A stretch of DNA of 61,431 nucleotides, the filler included, from Squatina squatina (lineage: Eukaryota): NCBI GenBank assembly GCA_031763465.1. It is 4 parts of 3 records of this genome, joined end to end, with 100 filler letters (N's around TTAATTAATTAA, not from the genome) between each part and the next. Parts side by side here need not be neighbours in the genome. Positions count along the whole stretch, not along the records: positions 29,568 to 42,853 come from JARFOE010000121.1; positions 42,954 to 61,431 come from JARFOE010000073.1; 2 more parts are not named here. One strand, 5' to 3'. Position 1 is the first letter of the stretch, and every line of letters begins with the position of its first letter. Position numbers and translations under genes: made by a program. Shown piece by piece: positions 37,032 to 49,520 of this stretch. The notes below the pieces were generated by a model. That model was not told where the DNA came from. It worked only from the letters and a program-made list of their open reading frames with translations, and ran no database searches.

Positions 37032-38009
37032 NNNNNNNNNNNNNNNNNNNNNNNNNNNNNNNNNNNNNNNNNNNNNNNNNNNNNNNNNNNNNNNNNNNNN
37101 NNNNNNNNNNNNNNNNNNNNNNNNNNNNNNNAAAATATATTTAGATTGGGGAATCCCTGAGGAAATCCTGAGAAGTGCAGGATTACTCCGAGCTAACAGC
37201 TCCATGTACATGGATTCCCAATTAAAGACAGGACTAAGGCATTACTTACCATTACCTCTCAAGGAGCAAATCCTTTAATGTCTGTTTAAAAATGTTTTAT
37301 TTTTCCAATCCCTAAGTGTTATTATCCTTTAGCTTAGTAATAAATGCTGTGCCACCAAAAAAATAGAATTGCAGTTTGTGAATCAGTCAACAGATGTCAG
37401 TAAGACTCCAGGATACACTGATTCCCTGTCTATCCACGGATAGAAGCACCTTCTTTCTAATTCAAGATTAGCAGTTCATCTTCTGATGGGCACCTAACTT
37501 ACTACCTATGTGGAATAGCCTCAAAATAATCAAAAAGCAGACTGCTGCATAGAGACTTCAGGATTAAATTCTTGCTACTATTTGTAGCATGTCAACATGT
37601 ACTAATGGTTTATTGTGTGTGTAAGTCTAGTAATTGCCTCCTACTCCCCTTGTATTTAAACCCTCCACACAAGACTGATTTAGCTGTCTTGGCAGGACAG
37701 TCGTGTTCTCAGGCCAGCCACAGTTTTCTTTGTACAAATCAACATCTTGAGCTCTCTTCTCTTTAGGAGCTGTAATTATCTGTCACATAATTTTCCTGAA
37801 TGATATGCAGATTTCTTTTGGCAAATATCTTGCTTTTATTTTCTAAATGTTATAACTAATGTGTAGCAATTTTACTGTTGTGGAATTTTTGAAGCCAGTT
37901 TGTCACTGTCCTAGGTTAATGGTGCAAAGGCCGATAATGTGTATCTACCAAATTAAAACGACCATCTGTATAGATGCAAATATGTTAAGAATCTACAGTT
38001 TAAAAAAAA

Positions 38010-38416
38010 AAATGAGGTGATGTCATTGAAACACATAAAATTCTTACACGGCAGGGCAGATGCTGGGAGGATGTTTACCCTTGCTTGGGTGTCTAGAACT
38101 GGGGGTCACAGTCTCAGAATGAGCAGTCAGCTATTTAGGACTGAGATGAGGAGAAATTTCTTCACTCAAAGGGTGTGAATCTTTGGAATTCTCTCCCCAA
38201 AGATCTGCGGATGCTCAGTTGTTGAGTATATTCAAGACAGAGATTGATAGATTTTTGGATATGAAGAGAATCAAGGGTCATGGGGACAGTGCGGGAAGGT
38301 AGCACTGAGGTAGAAGATCAGCCGTGATCTAATTGAATGCCGGAGCAGGCTCAAAGAGCTGAATGGCCTACTCCTGCTCCTATTTCTTATGTTTCTTATG
38401 TTTCTTATGTTCTTAC
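38010..38416 (+). mobile_element. CR1 LINE 3' end with (TTCTTATGT)n tail
   Basis: TRGHSLR/NFFTQR/LWNSLP-like motifs and microsatellite tail. Confidence 0.85.
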
Positions 38417-38642
38417 TTATGACCTTGTTAATAATGGCTGTCATAATATTATTGTTCTGCAAAATGGTAGTAGACTTGAAAGAGACTTTGTTTCCCTTTC
38501 AGCTTCATATAACCCTTGTGTAAACTGTTGATTTGAAGTGAAAGTCTGATCCATGCATCATCTTGCTTTCTACTCTGCATGTATTGGTGAAAGCAGCATG
38601 GAGATCAACTGTAGACACTTAACTGAGGCCAGCTTTATTAAA

Positions 38643-38800
38643 TAAGAACAGAAAATGCTGGAAATACACAGCAAGTCAAGCAGCATCTGTGGAGAGAGAA
38701 ACAGAGTTAACGTTTCAGGTCAATGACCCTTCATTAGAACTGGAAAAAGCAGGGGCAGGAAAAGGGGGACAGGGAGGAAACAACAAAAGGGAAGGTCTGT
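38643..38800 (-). mobile_element. Penelope pLTR with mutated hammerhead core (CUAAUGA)
   Basis: Reverse-complement match to 25630-25730. Confidence 0.75.
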
Positions 38801-39789
38801 NNNNNNNNNNNNNNNNNNNNNNNNNNNNNNNNNNNNNNNNNNNNNNNNNNNNNNNNNNNNNNNNNNNNNNNNNNNNNNNNNNNNNNNNNNNNNNNNNNNN
38901 CCTGTATGTGAGGTTGGTGTTAGTAGATTGGAACATAGAGGTAAAGGAAAACAGCAGCACAGACACACAACTGTAATGTATTAACATGTGGGTGAAAACT
39001 ACTTTTCTGTTGGAAATGTTACTTAAAGGGGCATTGTCTTCATGAATAAAATCATTTGGCAAACCTCTTTGTCGAGCAGGGAAAAGAGCCAGGAAAGCTG
39101 TATGCCATTTTCACCACAATGACGTCATGCACAAGAGATGAGATTATGCTTTTCGGAGCAAATTATATTGCTGCCTTGTGTGTTTGTAAACAAAGGAAAA
39201 AGGTCCCATTTAAAGCTGGGCAAGAAGGCATGCTGTTTATTTGGAAGGCAGAAAATAAAATAAAGACTGGATTGTTTCCCTTGAATGTGTAAGCCAGTAG
39301 CACTGTACTCCCTTTCTAAACTTCAGGCCCTGTGTAGGAAACACATGCTCACTGAAGCTGCAAGTGGCAGAGACTCCAATCAGTGTGAAAAGTGGCGAAT
39401 GAGTACTGATGGAGTAATTGTCTTCTATTTAGATTTGAACTAACGGTCGGAAAGAGATACTCCACTGCCACCTCTCCTCCTCCCCGCCCACCGAGTGGAG
39501 TTTGTCAAGTTGTTTTTTTCCCCCAAGCAGCCACACTGTTTATTTAGAAACACGGGTAAAGTTGCAGTCTCTGCCAGAACTGACTGATTATTGAATTTAT
39601 TGAAAACAGTTATTGATCATAAAGCACAAGACGCACACAATGTCACAGGTTCTGCTGCAGTGGAAATATTTTCTTTTAAAACAGTTTAGTCATAATGTTT
39701 AGACTTTGCAATAATAGTGGTAATATCTCAGTGTGCTTGGGGGAATCTATTCGAGCAAAGAAGTCTAAAAGGAGTTTTAATAGTGTGAA

Positions 39790-40087
39790 GGGTCGATAGC
39801 CGGAGGGCACAGATTTAAGGTGATTGACGAACCAGAGGCAACGTGAGGAAAAATCTTTTTTCAACCAACGAGTGGCGAGGATTTGGAAAGCACTGTCTGA
39901 TAGGGCGGTGGATACAGATTCAATAGTAGCCTTTGAAAGGGATTTGGATAAATACTTGAAGGAGGAAAATTTGCAGGGAGGAAAGAGTGGTGGAGTGGGA
40001 CTAACTGGATTGCTCTTCGAAAGAGCCGGCACAGCAGATACGATGGACCAAATGGCCTCCCTCTGCGCTGTACTATTCTATGATTCC
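39790..40087 (+). mobile_element. CR1 LINE 3' end
   Basis: FFNQRVARIWKALSDRAVDTDSIVAFERDLDKYL. Confidence 0.85.
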
Positions 40088-41829
40088 ATGAATGCAGCAG
40101 ATGCTAGGGCAAATTAGTGCCAAAATCACAAGAGTTTTAGTGCTGATTTTAACAGAACCTTGTTGATGGTGCGGTGAAGCATTATGCCATTCTTTTATGT
40201 ACATGTGGAGGGAAAATTTAGAAAAAGTACACTTGATCTTGAAGGAAACTCTAGCAGTAATCGTTCTCATAATTACTGATGTTCATTGATGTTACTCATC
40301 CTCCACCTGGGCAGCAAAATGGTTGCAGTTAAATAACAGAAATAACATCATTATAGAAGTTTGCATGCGACTTTTGAAATTTTTCAGGGCACAGTTGCCA
40401 ATGCAGTACATGCTCAATGAATTAGAATTGTATGCATAATCATTTAGCTGTGATAGTTCAGTCCTGGATCAGGATCCCTGGCTGAGTGAATTTGGCTTCT
40501 TCCCCTTTGGACTGGCAATTGCATTTGAGATTCCTTTGCAGTATAAGTTTCTTGTCTTTGGAAGGCAAAACACACACACACACACACACACATATTTGGG
40601 GGAAGTTGCCTCCTTCAACTATGGATTCTTGTGAATCTACTAGAGAATGGCATTGAGGATGTTTAAAGGAACAGTCATAGACTGAACCACTTTGCTATCC
40701 CAGATAAGGATGATTGTTGGAGAACAGAGAGGATATTACAAAAATTAATACAAAATTTTGCTGCTTGCTTTTGTGTGTTTCATATTTTGTCAATATTCTG
40801 AACGATATGTTTGCAAATATTATAAAGTTAATTTAACCAGGAATTACATTATTATGAAAATAATCTCCAGGACAGGTACACATCAAAATAGATGGGTTGA
40901 TTGTAATCAAATAGTTACTATACCTTTAACAGATCGTGAACTTTTTGGATCCAGTTCCATTGACAGATCAGAAATGAAAGGAGGGTTAATGTGTCTATCT
41001 ATTTTGTAACTGTAGAGCTATGTGTGATCTCAGAAGTTTGTATAATTCATATCTAAGTAGGACCCGCAAACAATATCTTGCATTTGAAACTATAAAAACT
41101 CAAATTACACAATGTTCCAGTTATAATTGAGTGCAATTAGTATTGTTTGATTTAATAAATAACTCAATGTATAATAGAAAAGTATTTCCTCATTGAATGT
41201 TTCCAGGGCCACATGACTGATACTTGCACCATACTTTTGCTAACAGCAAGTTACACTGTGACAATATATTTGACGTTCTTTCACTTGTTGCATTTTATAC
41301 TATTTAATGTCAGGCTGACTACAGCATATACAGAAAGAAATGGCCAGCCATTCAACAATATTACTAATGCATTTTATCAGAAAATATATAACCCAATATC
41401 TTTCATTGAAGTTAAAGTAGAATATCAGACGACAAACATAAATTTGCCTATGCTTTGTTCTTGCAATTTCTGGAACCCCTCAAATGGATTACACTTGCAA
41501 TATGCACAATAAAACTGCAAAAAGACAACCTGTGCTTAATGGGTTAATGGCTGCTGCAATAATTTATGGGGGAATGTGCTTGGCAGCTCTTAAATTACAC
41601 TTATGCTCTAATATATTATTGTCACAGTACTCTGTATCATATAGACGTAGATCATATGCTCTGAGCTATATTGTCATACATCTATTCTAAAGAATAAAGC
41701 TTTACAAAGTAAATCATATTAGTAAATTCCATAGCAGGTTGCCTCAAACATCATTCAGTTATGTTAGTAATGTTTTATGGCAGCTATTGCAGATCAAAGG
41801 TCAAAGGTTGCTTATGGTGCACTTGAAAA

Positions 41830-42260
41830 TAAACCTGTTGGAGCCCTAGGGAGCAGGAGTGCCGTGCCAACAGCCGACACACAAGCAGAGTGCCGGGCTG
41901 ACCGAAGCGCCAACGGGGCACAGACGAAAGTCTTCAGATTTTTTTTCAGCAGCAGCAGCTCCCCTTTATGTATCGCCGCGCGAGCAGCCTGTTACCCTGA
42001 AACTGTCGCTGGCATCACCCGAGCGCAGCTTCAGGGGGCGGTACCCAATTTAGGGTGCGGGGTGATAACGCGGCTCTCCACATGGTGGTCATCACCGGTA
42101 CAGCAGAGTGAGGCACTACGGGTTACCGCTGCCGGTAAACTCCCGCGGAACTTACTGGAAGTCGTTAGCAGCGGTGTGCCCAGGCGGAAAGTCATTTGCG
42201 CCCCATTAGCGCCCCCCCAGGGGTGCTAATGGAAGGCTCAAACAACTCGAATTTCTCCCT
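41830..42260. mobile_element. GC/CpG-rich terminal region of a DNA transposon (Harbinger/MITE-like)
   Basis: Abrupt GC-rich block ending GAATTTCTCCC, with subterminal hairpin CCATTAGCGCCCC/GGGGTGCTAATGG. Confidence 0.5.
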
Positions 42261-42554
42261 CAATGTTACTCAATTAGCGATGCAGAGCCTCGGCTAAAAA
42301 TCGAGAGATCGTGAGTTCAAATCTCACCGTGGCAGTTTGAGAATTTGTATTCAGAGCAAAAAACTGGAAATAAAAAGCTGCTATCAGTAAAAGTGACCAT
42401 GAAGCTGTTGGATGAAGCTCTTCAGGTATGTCTTGAATTATCTCAGAGATAGTCAGCTGGTCCTGTTCAACTATTTCCCGCAGGAATGGCTACTGAGCAA
42501 GGCTAAGTACTTCTAGCTCACTAAGTTCATTACATTTCGGATACCCAAGGTCAT

Positions 42555-42853
42555 CAAGTTCCTACAGATTGGAGAGTAGCAAATGTAATCCAACTCTTTA
42601 AAAAAGGAGGAAAGAGAAAAAAGGGAATTATAGATCGGTTAGCCTGACATCAGTAGTGAGGAAAATTCTAGAGTCCATTATTAAAGATGCACTGGCGGAG
42701 CATTTGGAAGACAGTGACAGGATTGGTCAAAATCAGCATGGATTTACAAAAGGGAAATTACGCCTGACAAATTTACTGGAATTTTTTGAGGATGTAACTG
42801 GTAGAGTAGATAAGGGAGAACCAGTGGATGTGGTGTATTTGGACTTTCAGAAG
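42555..42853 (+). mobile_element. CR1 LINE reverse transcriptase fragment
   Basis: PTDWRVANV...GNYRSVSLTSVVRKILESII...QHGFTKGK...TNLLEFFEDVT...VDVVYLDFQK. Confidence 0.93.
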
Positions 42854-42953
42854 NNNNNNNNNNNNNNNNNNNNNNNNNNNNNNNNNNNNNNNNNNNNTTA
42901 ATTAATTAANNNNNNNNNNNNNNNNNNNNNNNNNNNNNNNNNNNNNNNNNNNN
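42854..42953. other. Artificial concatenation spacer
   Basis: N44-TTAATTAATTAA-N44. Confidence 0.97.
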
Positions 42954-43218
42954 TAGATGCCTGTATGTGGATATTTGAGAAATGGATGGATGTGGCTCAA
43001 CTGTGATGTACCCACTGGCCAAATCATCTGCCAATAACTCACTGCCTATGCTCAAGTGAAGAGTGCCTACTTGGGCATGGTACTGAAGGGCTGCCAGTGC
43101 CATGGAGATAGATGGTAGTATGCATTACTGTTTTAGGGGTTAGGGTTAGGGTTATTGCACTAATCTGAAATAGTTACAGTTTTGTATTTAATCCTGCCTT
43201 TGTTGATTTGTAACTGAT

Positions 43219-43234
43219 CCACAAGATGGCACTG
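43219..43234 (+). promoter_or_regulatory. Candidate CTCF site
   Basis: CCACAAGATGGCACTG resembles the CTCF core; motif only. Confidence 0.3.
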
Positions 43235-44262
43235 CAACAGTGTTGTTCAAGAGTTTTCATGTTACATTTCTGTACGAATTGGGAGATGAAAGCTTTGAAA
43301 TCCAGAATATTTTAAGTTGTATTCTCCTACAAAAAAGCAACTCCTAAAATTGATTCTGATGTTTCCCTCCCCCAATGTGACGGCTTTGGATTGGCATTAT
43401 ATGAGGTATCAACTCCAAGTGCAGTGTCAGACTTTCTGAGCACCGTAGAAACTTGAACTTTCGAGACTTTTTTAGTGCTTTGAGGAAGCAGATATTCCTG
43501 CCCACATTTACACAACTTTAAATCAACTGGTTGGGACTGGAATTGTGCATATACATGTTTCCCCTCATGCACAGAGCTCTTCGCTGGTACCATGAGTGCA
43601 AATCGTAGCCATTCACTGAGCCAGGCAATGCATCTACTGCTCCTGCATATAATTTCAGCATCAATAGTTTAGTGTGTATTCAGTTCATAGCAGTTTTCAA
43701 TGCAGCAGACTATACACTATGCAATCATTTCTTTCATACATTTGATAAAAATTCTATTTTTAGAACTGCAGCAGAATTAATAGGTGATAATTTTGAAATA
43801 TGAATGTTATATTTATATGGCTTATTTGTGGTTTCTTAACTTTTTTTAAAGCAAGCGGTTCTAGTAACACCATTGTTTGACTAGCCACATGGCTATCTCA
43901 GAGACTTGTGTCCCAATGTGTGTTCCACCCAACACACATTTACACTACAATTCTTAAATGTTTATAATGAGCTACTTGGTAATGCTAAAATAAATATTCT
44001 GATTAGAATTTGTTTTCTTAGTTAAATAGCACCTGTATCTCAAATCCTAACTGTATTGTGTTCATTTTGAACTCTCGCATGTACTTTTTTGTGTGAACTA
44101 ATTGCTGTAAATATGGATTGTTGGTCTAAGTGATTTGCCATGCAAAGCATTATCCTGCTTGTTTTGCAGTGCTCTAGTTTTTTAACTGATGAATATTAAA
44201 AGTGAAACTGCCTTCTAACTTTTTTTTGTTTGCATGTTGCATGCTGTTCCATTACAACACAG

Positions 44263-44274
44263 ATGGTGATGAAG
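44263..44274 (+). CDS. MYO18A: 12-nt microexon of MYO18A motor domain (DGDE)
   Basis: cag|ATGGTGATGAAG|gtaaaa, with branch point TTCTAAC and U tract upstream; read as phase 1-1; sits upstream of the GPK..ECLEG exon where the ATK-xxxx-AGRKQF insert is expected. Confidence 0.6.
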
Positions 44275-45723
44275 GTAAAAAAATGTTCATCATTATATAT
44301 GTTTATGTTCTCTGTTACAAAGCCATTTTTGTTTGAAATATCATTCGTTTTCTACACGGCGCAGGACTTCATAGAGCTAGTGATTGGGCTTTTTTTAATT
44401 TCATTTCCTTTCACTTTGAAATGTCAACAATCATTCATCTAATATATGCTGTGAAGCTATACTAATGCATAGTCAGTTCATTTCTTTTTATTGCAGATGT
44501 AGATTTTTAAATGTTTTATGCAAAAGTGCCAGTTACTGTTAGAATGATGGTCTGAATCCAAGTGATTTATCCAGTACTTCTATTGCAAGAAAGAGGTATA
44601 TAATGAATAGAGCAGCCCATTTTTTATTCTCCAATTTTCCCACTATTTTTCTCCCCTTACTTCTCCCGAGGATGATAATTCATGCTGGAGTACATCGGAA
44701 CTGGAGTAGGCCATGCATCCCCTCGAGCCTGCTCCGTCATTCCATTAGGTCGTGACTGATCTCTAGCTTAACTCAGTTTACATGCCTTGGCTCCGTATCC
44801 TTTGATACGCTTATCTAACAGAAATCTATCAATTTCAGTCTTGTACGCTTCAATTGTCCTAATATCCACAGTCTTTTGGGGATAAGTATTCTGGATTTCT
44901 ACTACCCTTTGACTGAAAAAGTGCCTACTGATTTCCCTCCTAAATGGCCAAGCTCTACTTCTAAGATTATGTCGCCNNNNNNNNNNNNNNNNNNNNNNNN
45001 NNNNNNNNNNNNNNNNNNNNNNNNNNNNNNNNNNNNNNNNNNNNNNNNNNNNNNNNNNNNNNNNNNNNNNNNNNNNAAGGAGGAAATATGCAAATTACTA
45101 CGATCTCCTCTTAAATGTTATACATTTCTTATCCCTTGGAATAAAAACGACCCCCAAAAACAATAAAGAGCTGCGCTTCCATGTTATGTGCATAGATTTA
45201 CTAATGTGACTATGGTATGTGCAGAAGAAAATTATTTATCAACTCACAGTAAGAGACCTCCTCAAAAACAATAAAGCATTTTAAAACTATTTGGTAGCTA
45301 AGGAAAATGTTTTGTTTTTCAAGAATCAGTCAAAATACATTTCCTTCACTGTCTGAGGAGGTCTCTTGCAAACATCATTCCAAGGCTTCTCAGTGGAGAT
45401 TGAACCCCTCACCCATTTTCACATCCCACCAACTCCCTTGCACGAGTATAGCCTCTGACTTACAATAGGCAACTCGACAGTAGTGCTCCAAGTAAGTTTG
45501 AATTTTTTAAAGAAAATATTTATCTAATTAAAATCAATAGTAATATGCAGAGAAAAATTGTGTTTAAAACCATTGCTTGAGGTTGTATAATAGATAAATG
45601 TTATTACTATAACTGTTCATTTAATACTGTAATATATATTCTTATGGTTTTTTAAAAAAGGAACAAGACTGTGCATGGACTTGTGTAACTATTATAATTT
45701 CATTATGTATGTGTTTTTAATAG

Positions 45724-45814
45724 GCCCTAAGATAACAGCAATGGAATGTCTAGAAGGAATGACATCCAGTTTATATGGAGAGCTGTTTATGCTGCTAATC
45801 TCACTCATTAATAG
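45724..45814 (+). CDS. MYO18A: MYO18A motor exon
   Basis: tag| [31 protein letters not shown] |gtgaaa. Confidence 0.9.
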
Positions 45815-46609
45815 GTGAAACTTTCATTATTTTCACTCCTCGGATTTGCATATAATAGTATAAATGCAAAGAAGCGTGTGTTAAATAGACATCTTCTAAA
45901 ATTCATACAAATCACACCCTTGGGAGTATTGAATTTCACTTTTGGCTTTAAGAAGCTGCACAATTACCATATAATANNNNNNNNNNCCTCACAACCTGCC
46001 TGTTAAACTCTGTTCCTCTGATTCTGGCCTCTAGTTCATTTCCCCCTCCTTTCACCTCACCTTTGGTGCTTTGTGTTTAGCCACCTAGACCCCATGCTCT
46101 GGAATTACCTGCCTAAGCCCCCCTGTTTCTCCCCTTCCATCTCCATTTTTAAGACCTTCTTTAAAGCCCACCTCTTTGACTAAACTTTCGGTCACCTCCT
46201 CCGAATAGCAACTTCTTTAGCTCANNNNNNNNNNNNNNNNNNNNNNNNNNNNNNNNNNNNNNNNNNNNNNNNNNNNNNNNNNNNNNNNNNNNNNNNNNNN
46301 NNNNNNNNNNNNNNNNNNNNNNNNNNNNNNNNNNNNNNNNNNNNNNNNNNNNNNNNNNNNNNNNNNNNNNNNNNNNNNNNNNNNNNNNNNNNNNNNNNNN
46401 NNNNNNNNNNNNNNNNNNNNNNNNNNNNNNNNNNNNNNNNNNNNNNNNNNNNNNNNNNNNNNNNNNNNNNNNNNNNNNNNNNNNNNNNNNNNNNNNNNNN
46501 NNNNNNNNNNNNNNNNNNNNNNNNNNNNNNNNNNNNNNNNNNNNNNNNNNNNNNNNNNNNNNNNNNNNNNNNNNNNNNNNNNNNNNNNNNNNNNNNNNNN
46601 NNNNNNNNN

Positions 46610-47068
46610 ACCAGACTGATTCCTGGGATGGCAGGACTGACATATGAAGAGAGATTGGGTCGATTAGGCTTATATTCGCTCGAGTTCAGAAGAATGAGAG
46701 GGGACCTCATTGAAACTTATAATATTCTGATGGGACTGGACAGACTAGATGCAGGAAGGATGGTGGCGAAGCCCAGAACCAGGGGTCACAGCCTAAGGAA
46801 ACAAGGTAAGCCATTTAGGACTGAGATGAGAAATTTCTTCATGCAGAGAGTAATGAACCTGTGGAATTCTCTGCCACAAAAGGCAGTTGAGGCCAAATCC
46901 TTAAATATATTCAAGAAGGAGTTAGATATAGTTATTATGGCTAAAGGGATCAAGGGATATGGGGAGAAAGCAGAGACAGCGTACTAAATTTAGATGATCA
47001 GCCATGATCATATTGAATGGCGGAGCAGGTTCGAATGGCCTACTCCAGCTCCTAATTTCTATGTTTCG
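46610..47068 (+). mobile_element. CR1 LINE 3' end
   Basis: GLTYEERLGRLGLYSLEFRRMRGDLIETY...LWNSLPQK plus tail. Confidence 0.92.
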
Positions 47069-47316
47069 AATGAATACAGATCTGTTTCTGATTTGATTGC
47101 AAATCAAAGTCACCGTAGATTTTTTTTTTCCATCAACAGTGTGTTTTATATGCATGGAAACCTGTCATCATGTTTGAGAGTCTCTAATCAATCTGCTGAA
47201 AAATCTACACCTGGATAGTTTCTATTGTCCAATATTAAAGATATTCAAATATGTAAAGCCAAGAAATGCACACTGTGAATTTAGATGTTTCTAATATTAC
47301 TCTTCATTCATGTTAG

Positions 47317-47509
47317 GGCTCTTAAATCCACTCAGCATTCACTTTGTTCAATAATGATAGTGGACACCCCTGGATTTCAGAATCCAAAGAACACATCACA
47401 TGAGAGAGCTGCAACTTTTGAGGAACTCTGCCACAATTATGCACAGGAACGTCTACAGATGCTCTTCTATGAACGAACATTCCTGAAAGAACTTGATCGA
47501 TACAAGGAG
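47317..47509 (+). CDS. MYO18A: MYO18A motor exon (DTPGFQ switch II)
   Basis: [23 protein letters not shown]...[14 protein letters not shown]...RYKE with AG/GT boundaries. Confidence 0.93.
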
Positions 47510-48970
47510 GTATTCTGTTTGTCATAGAAGCCCTTAACAAACAAAATTAAACACAACGTACTGCATTATAATGGGCTGTGGTCTATAAATAATAAATTAA
47601 GTATGTTCACCTAGTAAGATCGATGAATTTGTATCCAAAGTTCTTGAATTGTGTTACAGCAATCAAGTAGACTCTAGCATTTCTTCGGCTTATTATAATA
47701 ATGGTGATCACTGTAATTGCTGAAATTTAGTAGAATAGAAATTTGAACACAATTATTTTATTCGTTATAAAAATATCAATCATGGGAAAGGCGGGGAGGG
47801 GAGTGGGTGGAGAAATAGTTTTACTGACAGGCAAGAATTGACTAATGAAGAGTCCATTCGCTTTCCAATTGGCGGGAGAGGGCGGAGCATCACAAGGATG
47901 TGCATGTTGAGTGACCAATGGCAGGAGTGAGGGCGGAGCAGCAGGAGATCATGTGACGACACCTCCAGGAATATGTCCAATCAGAGTTGGCAACCCAAAC
48001 CCCCACTCCTAGTTGCCCCAAGGCATTAAAACTCAGCCACGGGTGTGGGACTAGCATCACATTTAGGCCAGACCAGATAAGAATAACAGGTTATCTTCCC
48101 TGAATGAACCAGTTGGGGTTTTTTGAATATTAGCTTAACATTGAATGAATTCAATTCATAATTTTCCTGGGTGAGATTCAATATTCTTTCTAAAAACATT
48201 TTTGAGCATGGTCCCTGTGCGTCTTATTAAAATTTTCGCAGAGAGGCGAGAGTGGCTGCCCTTGACATCAAAGCAGCATTTGACCGAGTGTGACATCNNN
48301 NNNNNNNNNNNNNNNNNNNNNNNNNNNNNNNNNNNNNNNNNNNNNNNNNNNNNNNNNNNNNNNNNNNNNNNNNNNNNNNNNNNNNNNNNNNNNNNNNCCT
48401 GTCTCCTGGTTCTGTCTCACCTATCCAACTAAATTGTCATGGAAACCAAAGCTGATTCGAAATCGGATATGAGTTGCCCGATCATTCAGACACAATTGTG
48501 CCACATTACATAGTATGTAATTAGACGTACTTTGGAAATGGCATGGACAGTTTATTTGAAGTTTCACACAGATGCCAAATACCCAATTTAGAAAACTTTC
48601 TGATAGGGCATAATTGATACCTGGGACAATCACAAGGCAGTAATTTAATCAGAGGTTTCTAAATAAACTATGAGAGCAAAGCTCCAACAGTTTATAATCA
48701 ACAACTGAATGCTAAAATTAGATCACTGCTTTGAAATCTCTGCTCTAGTTCAGGCTCATTTTTTATACATATAATACACACAGTATGAATGAATTCCCTC
48801 TAGCATTGCTCCTAATGAGTCAGATTGCTTTTTCTCGTCTAGAATTGAGTTTCTCTGCTGCAACATTATTAAATGAATGCAAACTTTGTATAGATCGCAA
48901 AGCTAAGCAGAATTGTTGTTAGGAGAAAAAATTTCAGAAGTAATGCATTACTTTACATTCCTCCTGGTAG

Positions 48971-49112
48971 GTTCGAACTTTGGCTCGAACAGATGAAGCA
49001 AGAGGACTACTTTGGCTGCTGGATGAAGAAGCGCTGCAACCTGATGGAAATGAAGACACGCTTTTAGAGCGACTGTTTACATACTATGGCTGTCAAGATG
49101 GAGATAAGAATG
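48971..49112 (+). CDS. MYO18A: MYO18A motor exon
   Basis: [44 protein letters not shown] boundaries. Confidence 0.93.
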
Positions 49113-49360
49113 GTGAAGTACCATAAATAAAATAATTAAAACCTAAGCAATGAAGCAGAACAAATAATAATTTAGAAAGTGTGCCAGTAAATGTCTGACC
49201 AGTGTACACTGCAGTGTTTTTTTTTCTTTTAGTACAAGGTCATCAAAATATATATACATCACTTGACTTTACATATCTGAAGAAGAATGATTTGACCTTT
49301 ACATTGTGTGCTGGGTGGGAGCGGAGAAACTGCTAAAGTCTTTGCTTCCTCGTTTTACAG

Positions 49361-49520
49361 GTCAGAGCCCATTGCTGAAAAGCAACAAACCCCATCACTT
49401 TGTCTTAGGGCATTGTTATAATACCAATTGGGTAGAATATGACACAACCGGCTGGTTGAATCATGCGAAACAGAACCCTGCTTCCCAAAATGCTGCTGCC
49501 GTACTGCAGGATTCACAGAA
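49361..49520 (+). CDS. MYO18A: MYO18A motor exon
   Basis: [18 protein letters not shown]...NWVEY...QNPASQNA...LQDSQK, AG/GT boundaries. Confidence 0.93.

Noticed and set aside
41777-42229. 150-aa ORF or CpG-island promoter
   Set aside because: Better explained as a GC-rich transposon terminus; no recognisable protein.
43133-43154. Interstitial telomere (TTAGGG)n
   Set aside because: Only about three units; not evidence of a fusion or telomere healing.
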